Position numbers and translations under genes: made by a program. Shown in pieces: positions 12,028-22,164 of a stretch of DNA of 64,000 nucleotides (positions within the stretch are counted from its first letter, which is position 1; every line of letters begins with the position of its first letter). The stretch is from Macrostomum lignano (taxonomy: Eukaryota). The notes under the pieces are model-generated. The model saw only the letters and a program-made list of their open reading frames with translations, was not told the origin of the DNA and did not search any database. Location of the stretch: the NCBI GenBank assembly GCA_002269645.1, contig NIVC01000386.1:310001-374000 (forward strand), in the 5' to 3' direction.

Positions 12028-13731
12028 CTGAGTGCCCGTAGTGATTTTAACGTCCCCGTTTTATCTACAGATTTGAGGTTCGTGGAGTGGGAGAAGGAGC
12101 TGTTGTGTATTGATTTGCCTATGGATCGGAAGAAGTTTATTCTCGATGGTGTTGCATATGGTTTTCGTATAACTAACAAAACTGTTTCTGACTGCAAGTC
12201 AATTGATGTTAACAACTACCATTCTGTCAATGTGCATTTCGAGGCTGTGGAAAAGCAGATTAAGAAGGAGCTCGGGTGTGGCAGGTATCGCGAATGCCCG
12301 ACCGGCTGGCGTCCGCAAGTGGTCAGTGCTCTCGGAGCCTTGCCCAAGGTTGGTGGCCGTGTGCGCCTGATTCACGACTGCAGTCGGCCCGTGAATAACT
12401 CTGCGAACTCCAGATGGGTCAGCCAGGAGAGGCTGCGCTTCACGTGTGCCGACAACTTTGCGAGGAAGCTTTCTAGAGGCTGCTTTATGACTAAGGTGGA
12501 TCTCAGCGAAGCGTACCGCGCCTGTGGTGTTCACCCCGATGATTTCAGCCGGACAGGGATCAAGTTCCGCTTCGGCGAGTCCAAGGCAGCCACCTACATG
12601 TATGACACCCGTTTGCCGTTTGGCGCTGCAGCTTCTTTTACCTGTTTTCACCATCTTAGCAATGCTGTGCGTTTAATGATGGTGCGCAGAGGCTTTGTGG
12701 GCACCGAGTCCTACCTGGACGATTTCGCCTTCGCGGGCTCGCGTGACGAATGCCAGCGGTTTTACGACGAGCTGACAGGCCTGTTGACGCGGCTGGGCTT
12801 CACTGTAAACTGGGCAAAGTGTCAGACACCAACTCAGCGCATGACCTTCCTTGGTGTCGAGTTCGATACAGTTGCCGGCATCAAGAGGTTGCCCGAGGAG
12901 AAGGCGAGGAACCTCGCTGAGTTGTTAGCAACTGAAAGGAGCAAAACCAGGATCAGCAAGTGGGCTTTGCAACGCTTGATCGGCAAGCTTGGCTGGGCAG
13001 CACAGGTGATTCGCAAAGGAAAAACTTTTCTGCGTGATTTGATCGAAGTATGCAACGCGATGCGGCCTGACGAGAGAATTAAAGTCAGCTTACAGCTCTG
13101 TGACCAATTCTGCTGGTGGATTGTAGCGCTGGAGTCGGCCCGGTGGGTGGAGCTCTGGCCTGTTTTCAAGAACCATGTGGCGATCGAGTCCGATGCATGT
13201 GGCAGAGGCGGGGCAGCGGTGCTTCGAAGGTCAGATGGCAGTTGGGACTGGTGCTACATCAATTGGAGCCAGGATGGGGCCGGAGTATTCGCTGATCTGC
13301 CAATCAACTACAAAGAGGCGGTGGCTCCTTTGGTGTCAATCCTGCCCTGGAGGGAAGAGCTGAAAGGCTGTAACGTTAGCGTTTATTGTGACAACATGGC
13401 GGCCTGTCATATTATCAATAATGGCACTTCGAGGTGTCCTGTCGTGCAGAGGCTACTGCAAACGATTGCGTTGATGTCTTTACGGCATGGTCTGAGTGTG
13501 CGAGCCTTTCATGTGCCGGGAGAGTTTCAAATTCTCGCCGATGCAGCGTCTCGGTTGCACGAGCGCAGTCAGTTGATTAATTTTTTATTTCGCTGCTATG
13601 GCAACTTGTGCCCGTTTGCTTTGCAATCAATGCATCGACATGCTTTCTGCCCTGCCTCTGCCCACTTTCTTCATTTTCAGGCCGTCCAGCTGCGCCAGAC
13701 TCTCTCAGCCGCCGGGCCGCGTCGCTGCTAG
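12028..13731 (+). CDS. Ngaro reverse transcriptase / RNase H, uninterrupted
   Basis: RLIHDCS, KVDLSEAYR, RLPFG, YLDDF, FLGVEFD; RH ESDAC, INYKEA, YCDNMAA, ILADAASR; same frame as gag, immediately after its TGA. Confidence 0.95.
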   Translation: MSARSDFNVPVLSTDLRFVEWEKELLCIDLPMDRKKFILDGVAYGFRITNKTVSDCKSIDVNNYHSVNVHFEAVEKQIKKELGCGRYRECPTGWRPQVVSALGALPKVGGRVRLIHDCSRPVNNSANSRWVSQERLRFTCADNFARKLSRGCFMTKVDLSEAYRACGVHPDDFSRTGIKFRFGESKAATYMYDTRLPFGAAASFTCFHHLSNAVRLMMVRRGFVGTESYLDDFAFAGSRDECQRFYDELTGLLTRLGFTVNWAKCQTPTQRMTFLGVEFDTVAGIKRLPEEKARNLAELLATERSKTRISKWALQRLIGKLGWAAQVIRKGKTFLRDLIEVCNAMRPDERIKVSLQLCDQFCWWIVALESARWVELWPVFKNHVAIESDACGRGGAAVLRRSDGSWDWCYINWSQDGAGVFADLPINYKEAVAPLVSILPWREELKGCNVSVYCDNMAACHIINNGTSRCPVVQRLLQTIALMSLRHGLSVRAFHVPGEFQILADAASRLHERSQLINFLFRCYGNLCPFALQSMHRHAFCPASAHFLHFQAVQLRQTLSAAGPRRC

Positions 13732-14666
13732 GCGTCTCTTATGCACCACGGTCAAGGCAGGCGGTGGCAAGGCACATCCGTGAGTGGCTAGCTTACTGCA
13801 AGCAGACCCGCTGCAGTCCTGTATCCTGTCCGCTGAACAGCCTGCTCGACTACCTGGCCAGCCTAGTCGGGACGCGTTTGCGTGCGTACGGCAGCGTTGC
13901 TTCTGTCGCCAGCTCGCTGTCCGTTTAGTTTCGCGTCAACTCTGCACCAGACCTGACGAAGCATGCCGCAACGACTCTCCTCCTGCGAGGTGCCAAGCGA
14001 GAGCTGGGACTTCGGGTGTCGAGAAAACGACCAGTATCGCCGCTCATGTTGTCGGAGATTCATCAGCGAGTCAGTCGTTCTGACGGGCTTCAGCTGGCAT
14101 GCTGGGCAGTCGCCATCTGCTGTTGGTGGGGCATGCTCCGAAAATCCAGCGTGATACCGACTTCGGGAAAAGGTCCGGCACGTGTGCGCTGCGCTGACAT
14201 CTTTCGACACCCGCGAGGTCTGATCTTGCGCCTGGAGCAAGGGAAGACTCTCCAGTTCAAAGAGCGGGTGCACCAGGTGCTTCTACCAAGGCTAGTGAGG
14301 CGGACGTCGCTGTGCCCGGTGTTAGCAATCGAGCAGCACGCAAGATTCAATAATCTGCAATCGGCTGATGCGCCTCTGTTCACTTATCGCGACGCCGGAG
14401 GCAACCAGCGGCTGCTGACAGGCAGGCAGCTCGATCGCTTCCTAGCGGACAAGCTAGGGGCTGCGGGCTTCAGGCGTGAGCACTTCTCAGCCCACAGCCT
14501 CCGCCGTGGCGGCGCGACCTGGGCCTCGGTGTTGGGTGTGCCGGTGCCCGACATCATGCGGATCGGTGACTGGAAGAGCGACTCAGTGCAGCGGTATCTC
14601 CCGCAGTCGCAGCAGGGCTTGGCAGCTTCCGTCGTGTTTGCTAGAGGTGTGGGATCCCTCGTTTGA
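13608..14666 (+). CDS. Tyrosine recombinase ORF3 with an in-frame TAG at 13926-13928; overlaps the end of RT/RH
   Basis: Catalytic motifs MLRKSS (R), SAHSLRRGGAT (HxxR), GDWKS (W), VQRYL (Y); ORFs 13608-13928 and 14016-14666 are one frame; no ATG before the TAG. Confidence 0.9.
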
Positions 14667-14744
14667 CGTTGGCATCAGCTTTACGATGTTCCGTTTCCTT
14701 CAATTTTTTCTTTCGCGCGCTTTCCCGTTGTTGTTTCGGCTTTG

Positions 14745-14809
14745 GAGGCCTCGTTACTGCTTTCGCTTTCGCCAACATCGCGTATTCGTGTTTTGCTTTG
14801 GGGCACTAA
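14745..14809 (+). repeat. Ngaro repeat B1 (second copy B2 at 15055-15119)
   Basis: 65-bp GAGGCCTCG...GGGGCACTAA duplicated with one mismatch; AATAAA motifs lie between A2 and B2. Confidence 0.95.
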
Positions 14810-15222
14810 GGCTGCGGTTTGCGCTAGGCTTGCCTTGAGCAAACCGGCTTTAGTGCCCAAGTGCGCTGCGTCTGTGGTGCGCCCCCCCGCCGCGTGTGTA
14901 CGTTCTGTGTTGTTTAGGTGGGCGCCCACCCCTCCGCCGGTGGGGGGGGGGTATTTTACTCCAGCCGCGCTGCTGCGTTGGCAGTGTTTTCGCGCAGTTC
15001 TTTTTTTTCTTCTTCTTTTATCCTTATTCTTTTAATCAATAAAATATAAATAAAGAGGCCTCGTTACTGCTTTCGCTTTCGCCAACATCGCGTATTCGTT
15101 TTTTGCTTTGGGGCACTAAAAGGCACCTGTACACCAGAGTCAAATTCGTCACATGCGGTTTGTGGTACGTGACCAGTATGAACCGTAGGCCATAAGGTAC
15201 TGGTGAAATTTCTTCACCGCAA

Positions 15223-15398
15223 CAACAACAACAATAACAAAGTACGCTGTCAGGTAGAAAAAAGCAGCGTCACAGGGCACGCTTCAGAGCCTGGGCGCGA
15301 ACAAAGGCCGCACCGCCGGCAGAGTCCGGGGCGCCAGCGTCGGCCAGCAGGCAGTCGACGAAATGCCGAGTTCGGGCTTGGCCTCGCCGGTAGGGTGC
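15223..15398 (-). mobile_element. Short 5'-truncated RTE 3' end with (TTG)n tail and 11-bp TSD
   Basis: TSD CTTCACCGCAA at 15212-15222 and 15399-15409; similar to 18290-18410; removal restores Gypsy RH IIFAVKKFHQYL. Confidence 0.9.
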
Positions 15399-16864
15399 CT
15401 TCACCGCAAAAATTATCGCTACTCATTCCTTCTCTTTTTGTGAGTTGTTTCTTTCGGCCTTGGACTGGCCTCTAATTTCACAGCAGATTGGCTTCTCTGA
15501 ATCCTGCAAAATGTGCGAAAGCACTGCGCCTACGCTGTAGTATGATGCATCGCAGCATTAGCATGAACAACCAACTCTTTGCTTGGGGTCATAGTGAACC
15601 AACACTCGGTTATAAGTCAGCTGATTTCTAAGGAACAAATGAATAAATGACGCTCGTCAGTCCATCTAAACTCAGCGTCTTTCTGAAGCAGCGCATTTAG
15701 AGACGCCAGGATGGCGGACAGGCCTCTGATGAATTTCTTGTAGTAATTTATCTTATCAGACCAACTAGCGAGCGAACCTCCGGGATGCTAGTTGGCCTTG
15801 GGGCTTTAGTGATGGCTTTCATGATTCGTGATGGCTGATGCATGCCGTTCTCGTCAATCACATGCTTAAAGAATTCACTCTCGCGCTTCATGAACTCACA
15901 TTTATTCTTGTTTAGATTAATTCGATGGTTCTTCAGCAGCTTCAAAACATCTTTCAGTGTCGTTTTAAGCTCATACTGAGATGCGGCACTAAAAACAATA
16001 TCATATTGCGTCCGTATCACTCAAAAGCTTGTCTGTGGCCTCCTGGAAAAGAGCTGAAGAGTTTGCGAGACCCGTAGCCAGTCTGTTGTATTCATGTAGG
16101 CTCATATGTGTGTTGATTGTGGTGTATTTACGACTCCTCTTGCAGTTCCAGCTAAAGAAAGGCTTGAGATTTTGTGAAGGATTTGAAACTGAGTCGAGTA
16201 AACAGTTCGTCTGTTCTAACCACCGGATAAATTTCCACCTCGAGGGCTGGGTTTATGGTCTTCTTATAGTCTGCACATATTCGCATTGACTTTCCATCTA
16301 TCTTTTTTTCCATCCCCCGGCATAGTTTAGAATTTTATTCTATAATATTCTTGAGCTCGTGAGCCGCATTCAGGGAGAGGATCCCCCCTTGGCATTCCTC
16401 AAGCATATTTTCGGGTCAGATGGTCAAGTTGTGTTATCCAATCACGGCCCAGCAGATTCTGCTCCGTGCCGCCGTCAGTGACTACAACTTCCAGCAAATA
16501 TCGCAGTGTCGTTGATCACAACTTAAACCATAGCCTCTCCAAGCAGGAAAACCTGCTCATTACAATAGGAGGTAAGAACTAAGGTCGTGCGCTCTGCGCC
16601 AGTGTCCACTTTGAATTTAATGTGACCATTGACTCGCAATGTCTCCGAGAGAGGCTTAAACCGAGCTTTCTGTGTGCTTCTTCCTCAAACCTGGCCATTT
16701 TTTGAAGGCGGCTGTCTATCTGCAGCGCCAGCAGGCTGCTGTTGATGACGCCATTCTGGCCGTCTCGATGCCAGAGGCCGTGTAGCCTGGTCGGCTATCA
16801 ATGCTCTGACGGGGTGAAAGCGGCGCATTCCGCTAAACTTGGGCAGGTGACTTTGCGGACGAGC

Positions 16865-18421
16865 GCAGGAACGAGCTATGTGAGTTCTTCGCCACCATTG
16901 CTAGCGCGCCGCGACCCACGCTGCCCTGCTGCCGCCGGAGATGCCGTTGCCGGCAGAGGAGAGCTAGCCTAGCACCAGTCAGCACAGCCAACGTTGTGAG
17001 GCTCGCCCAACAGTCACCGGGCGGGAAAGCGCTAGGTCCGGACGAGGTGCCCATCGAGGCGCTGCGCATCCACTGTGTGTCCAGTGAGGTCGCCAGAGTG
17101 ATGAATCGCGAGCTCTTCGGTGAGGAAGCACCCAACGAATGGACCACTGCGCGCATCGTCGCAGTTCCTAAGAAGCCGGGCGCCACGAGGCTTGAGGAGC
17201 ATCGAGGTATCTGCCTTCAGTCCTGCGCTGCGAATTTGTTCAATCGGTACCTGCGTCCTGAGCAGAACGGCTTCCGGCCCTATCGCGGCACAGTGACGCA
17301 GATCCTGGCTCTTCGGCGAGTCATCGAGGAAGCACGGATACGCCAGTCGATCCTGATTGTTATCTTCATAGATTTCAAGAAGGCATTCGACTCGGGCGTC
17401 AGGTCTGTGCTCACAAAGGTGCTCCGTGCGTACAATGTGCTGATTTCCGCCATCATGGCGATCTACCTTGATACGAAAGCTTCTGTTTCAACACCGGACG
17501 GCCTATCGGACTTCTTTGAGGCATCCTCCGGTGTGCTTCAGGGAGATACGCTTGCACCATTCCTGTTCGTTCTGGTGCTTGACTGGGTGCTGCGGACCGC
17601 TCTTCCTACCAACGACGACGGCTTTCTGTTGCGGCGATGCGTGATTCGACGTCAACCAGAGAGGCGGCTCAGCGTGCTCGGCTACGCCGACAATCTCGCC
17701 CTGCTGTCCTCAACTGTCAGCGACAATTGGCCAAGATAGTTGCTGTTTCGGCGAGTGCCAGTCTAGTGGTCAACACGCAGAAGACCGTCATGCTCTGCGT
17801 GCCCGACGACATCGAGGCTGTGATTTTGTGCCGAGGCGCTGATGGACAGGCGACAGAGCTTCCGCGTTGTCAGCAGTTCATCTACCTCGGCGGTCTGGTT
17901 CCCATCTTCCGCGATTATTTGCGGCGTCGCCGCGGGTTATCCTGGGCTGTATTTCGTTATGTGAGGGCAGCCCTGCAGTCCGAGGCCTTACCTGACCGCC
18001 AGAGGGCGGAGTTGTTTCAGGCGGTGATCGAGAACGTCCTGCTGTACAACGCCGAGACCTAGACGCTGACGAAGTCGCTCGAACAACAAGTTGACGCGGT
18101 GCAAGCTGGCCTGCTGCGCGCCAATTTTAAGATCGGCTACGAGCGTGTGACCAACGCGGCTTTGTATCACCGCGCCTGCCTGGTCCGTCCAAGCGACCTG
18201 TTGCACCGTCGGCGACTCCATCTGTCAGGCCACATCATCCGCGGCGTGTTGTACTGCCCGGAGCCGGTGCAGGAGACACCCTACCGGCGATGGCAGGCGT
18301 GCACTCGGCGTTTCGTCGACTGCCTGCTGGCTGACGCCGGCGCCCCGGATTCGGCCGGTGGCGTGGCGTTCATTCGCGACCTGGCCTTGAGGCGCAGCCT
18401 GGGACGCTAACTGTTGTTGTT
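16865..18421 (+). mobile_element. 5'-truncated, frameshifted RTE-clade LINE
   Basis: KALGPD, QNGFRP, FIDFKKAFDS, GVLQGDTLAPFLF, YADN (mutated YADD), YLGG, LYNAET; (GTT)n tail. Confidence 0.9.
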
Positions 18422-19604
18422 GGGTTCGAACATCAAATATTCGCCAATTTCCGCGATGAGCTCGACTCCCTCAATCACCTCTTTAGTGATTGATTTGGCA
18501 ATGAAATACTGTTCCAGTCGCTCTTCGTATCTTTCAGGTCGTGCTGGATCGAATGTGCTCATTTTCGAAGCACTGTTTAGTTTTGTTTTCCTGGTCCTCT
18601 GGCTGCAGCAGACAGAAAATCGGCAATCGAAACGAGTTCCCAGCTCGCATTCTGTTCAGTCCAAATCTGGGCACTGACTGGCAGCTGCAGTTTTTTGCCG
18701 AAGCCGGTTTTGAATTCAAATGCAGCAGCCGCTTGCTGTAGTCGCGCGTTGCCTTACTGCTGTGGGTCCGATAGACTCTTTATTTAATAGAAATCAAGCG
18801 TGCCATCTTCTCTGGCTTCTGCCATTTCAAAATCTGTTGTTTCGGCGCACAAAAGCAAGAGGAGTCTGAATGCCATTTCTGAGCAGCAGGGAGTGCTGTA
18901 TCGCGACCTAAGGCTGTCTCGTACTTCAAGTAATTTGGACCAGTACCCGCCGTCAGAACTCTACTGCTGCCAATAACTACTGCTGCAACCAGCACCATCA
19001 ACGCGTCGCAATTCAGAGTTGCTAGTCATGAGAACAAGTATGGAACTAATTTGGGTCCAGTTCAAAATTCGACTTTCACGTACTGCAGTTATTTTTATCT
19101 TTGGTTATACAATAATCGGTTGTTCATCTTGGTCATCTAAGACAAAGTCTTAGCAATTCCGACGCTCTAGCAAACTACTATGGAAGCTTCTTGCTCCAGT
19201 GCAGTGCGTGATCTAGTGATCCTGTGATGTCACAGGCTGCTCGATTCTGCTTTACTGGCTGGCTCGAGTCAGTTTTACCAGAGCTGCTGCGGCACAGCCG
19301 CCGATAAAATTAATTTTATAAATAAGACGGCCGTCTGCCCTGAGGCAGTCGCATAATGTTTCCACCTGTTCTGATGCTTTGGTGCCTTTACTAGACCCAT
19401 CGAGGACCTTCCCGCATGAAGTTACGATACGTGGCCGGTGTAAGGATCAAATAATGGTTTTGTTCTGTACAGTGTCAGCAAAAACCAATGGGAAGCACCT
19501 CTGGCAGCTCTGCAGCCGTAGCTTCTTACAGTGCGAATGCGTACTCACCATTGGCTGAGGTCCAGTCCGTGAGGCCCAGTCCGTGACAACATGCTAGTGT
19601 TGGT

Positions 19605-20202
19605 GGTGGTGGTGGCGGTGATGTGGTGGTGGTGGTGGTGCAGGTGGTGGTGGTGCAGGTGGTGGTGGTGCAGGTGGTGGTGGTGGTGGTGCAGGTGGTG
19701 GTGGTGCAGGTGGTGGTGCTGGTGGTGGTGATGCAGGTGGTGGTGCAGGTGGTGGTGGTGGTGGTGGTGCAGGTGGTGGTCGTGGTGCAGGTGGTGGTGG
19801 TGATGGTGCAGGTGGTGGTGGTGGTGGTGCAGGTGGTGGTCGTGGTGCAGGTGGTGGTGGTGCAGGTGGTTGTGGTGCAGGTGGTGGTGGTGCAGGTGGT
19901 GGTGCAGGTGGTGGTGCAGGTGGTGGTGGTGCAGGTGGTAGTGGTGCAGGTGGTGGTGGTGCAGGTGGTGGTGGTGGTGGTGCAGGTGGTGGTGGTGCAG
20001 GTGGTGGTGCAGGTGGTGGTGGTGGTGGTGCAGGTGGTGGTGGTGCAGGTGGTGGTGGTGGTGGTGCAGGTGGTGGTGGTGCAGGTGGTGGTGGTGGTGG
20101 TGGTGCAGGTGGTGGTCGTGGTGCAGGTGGTGGTGGTGATGGTGCAGGTGGTGGTGGTGGTGGTGCAGGTGGTGGTGGTGGTGGTGCAGGTGGTGGTGGT
20201 GT
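19605..20202. repeat. (GGT)n-GCA compound microsatellite, ~600 bp
   Basis: Visible; generates poly-Pro/Thr/His/Val ORFs. Confidence 0.97.
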
Positions 20203-20913
20203 GCATCCAACGGGCATGGGGCTTTCTGGGAGGACTGCAGTGCAGAGCTTAGAGTTGGCTAGAGAAGTTTTCCACATTCTGATTGTGATAACTTGTTAAG
20301 CGAGGCAGAAGTTTGGAATTGCAGGAGTGAGTAAAAGGTGCTCGCTTGAGAGCTAGGCTGTTCACATTTATTATTTAGCACTGAGGTGGTGGGTGCAGAC
20401 AGATTCAAACGCGCGCATGGGGTGGGGTGGAATAAAATACAATCTCTAAGCCGATCAATAACAACTCCACTGCTAGTGAGTCAACACTACAGTGCATGCA
20501 ACCTATAGCAAAGTTCATCGTGTCACTATGTCACACTGATTAACGGAACCCAAAGAGTAGCGATTTAGTGCCTTGCAATATTGATGTTATCAACAATGCG
20601 CCACCTTCGAGTCTATTCGTTATAACTAAATCTGTGGATGTCAGCCAGTCAGTCAGTAAGCTGGCATTCGACTACATGTACAAGAGAAAACGCTGTTAAT
20701 CCACTGGTTGCTTTTGATTAACAACTTAGCCAGCTTGGTGGGACAGGCGTCAGTAGAGGGCAATCAGACATTGGGAAAAGCGAGAATTCTGCACCGCGGA
20801 AAATGTGCAGTTGCACTCATGCAGATGATTTTTTGTTTTGAATCACTTTACTATGTACAGTAGCTCGTAAATGTTGTTAATTCAGCCAGTTAGATCATTC
20901 TTAGAATTGGCGC

Positions 20914-21657
20914 TTAGTTGAACGGCGAAACGCACTCGCACAGGCCGCTCCTGCCGCTGTCCGCGCCATCACTGTCGCCCAGCTTCGAGTAGTGGTGTCC
21001 TCTAACGACAACATTCTCCCTGCCAAGCCCGTTGTTGGGCTCGCCAGAGTTCCACAGGCTGCTGCTGCCGCTCAGGGGGATGCCGCAGGCTACCCAGTAC
21101 CAGCCGCCGTCGGGCTCCACGCTGTCGGGCTGCTGGAACCCGCCCAGGTGGAACGACAGTCCGTAGCTGCTCGACAGGGCGTCCACGTGGCTCATCTCCG
21201 TGCTGTCCATCACGTCAGCCATGATCACCTGGCCCGGGTCGGACTCGCAGATCTGCCTCTGAGTGGTCCAGTTATTCATCGCGCTGAGCACGCGGTACTT
21301 CACTCCGCACAGCTCGTGGCCGTAGCCGGGAGGACACAGCGAGCCCGCCGAGAGTCCCGGCTGCCGCTTCACGAACAGGCGGCCTCTCCGGGAGCAGCCG
21401 CAGTCCCGCACCGACTTGCTGCACCTGTCGAACACGAACAGCTGGCACGGACCGTCGGCCGTGGCGAAGGCCTGGCAGCGCTGGTTGCTGCTACAGAGAG
21501 CGGCGCAGGTCAAGGAGTTGGTGTTCCAGTGACGGACGACGAACTCTGCGTTGATGCAGAGGCTGCCCTCGGTGCTGTGGTACTCGGCGAGCCCCCAACT
21601 GGCCCGGATTGGCGGTGGCAGCAGCAGCAGAGCGAGCAGCGCCGCTGTCGATATCAT
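20914..21657 (-). CDS. Secreted PAN/Apple + C-type lectin protein, single exon, ~247 aa
   Basis: Signal peptide MISTAALLALLLL; PAN CAALCSSNQRCQAF; CTLD NWTTQRQIC, LGG, WYW, WNSGEPNN, terminal CE. Confidence 0.88.
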   Translation of the reverse strand: MISTAALLALLLLPPPIRASWGLAEYHSTEGSLCINAEFVVRHWNTNSLTCAALCSSNQRCQAFATADGPCQLFVFDRCSKSVRDCGCSRRGRLFVKRQPGLSAGSLCPPGYGHELCGVKYRVLSAMNNWTTQRQICESDPGQVIMADVMDSTEMSHVDALSSSYGLSFHLGGFQQPDSVEPDGGWYWVACGIPLSGSSSLWNSGEPNNGLGRENVVVRGHHYSKLGDSDGADSGRSGLCECVSPFN

Positions 21658-22164
21658 CAGGGCTGCCGGTTGTCTAGAAAAGCCCCTCCTACTGGGCCGG
21701 TTTCTCCCCACTATCCGATCCCTTTATAGAGGCCGTCAAGAGGTCGCAAAAAGCGAGGCGCAGTGGGTGTGACGCCACTCGAAGAGTCTGCCTCGAAATG
21801 CGCCGTGCCCTCTCGTCTGCTGCCCCCCTGGCAGCCTTTTTCACTTTTAAAAAATTCAGCAGTCAGTTTCCATCGTTTCGGTTTCATTGTAAGGTCGTCC
21901 TGTTTGTCTGCCTTTTTCACAATTTTGGCTCGTCTTTCCTCAATGATTTTGAATGACGAACAAGGCAAAGAAGCAAAAAACGGGCCTTGATTGACGTGTG
22001 CTGTGCCAGCCAGTTGTTTCTACATGGTGGGGGATTGGTGGGCACGATACAGTAGAATTTTAGATGCGGGCGTCCAGCAATAGCCAGAATCCCAATCGTT
22101 TTGCTGTGACAGCCATGCCCTGCATGGGCCTTTTGCTCGACATTGTCATCCCTCATGTGGCTCA

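Larger units (their letters stand above)
10754..15119 (+). mobile_element. Ngaro-type tyrosine-recombinase retrotransposon, structurally complete (A1-gag-RT/RH-YR-B1-A2-B2)
   Basis: Split direct repeats, DIRS/Ngaro-type RT (KVDLSEAYR, LPFG, YLDDF), RNase H and YR; no TSD other than the shared ACTAA core. Confidence 0.95.
9570..15141. mobile_element. Penelope-like element (5'-truncated) with head-to-head inverted duplication; minus arm ~10277-9570, plus arm ~10320-10758 + 15120-15141
   Basis: GIY-YIG endonuclease VYKFSC..YIGKTKRHLYTRVREH..LESMYIK..PNLN; RT thumb LIRCLLHRAYTVCSS; the two arms share ~260 bp in inverted orientation. Confidence 0.9.
8400..18570 (-). mobile_element. Decayed Ty3/Gypsy LTR retrotransposon (K02A2.6-like pol) fragmented by four nested insertions
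   Basis: Ordered minus-strand remnants: gag MSTFDP..YEERLEQYFIAK (~18563), protease KFKVDTGAE (~16610), RT SRKYTTINTH..YNRL (~16110), RH CDASYYSVGAVL and IIFAVKKFHQYL (15560-15142), ISASRLQLWAVILSAY (~9560), INT HHGILGMK and NGFAERMVQTAK..YRVTPH (9240-8680); many stops and frameshifts; no LTRs recognised. Confidence 0.9.
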
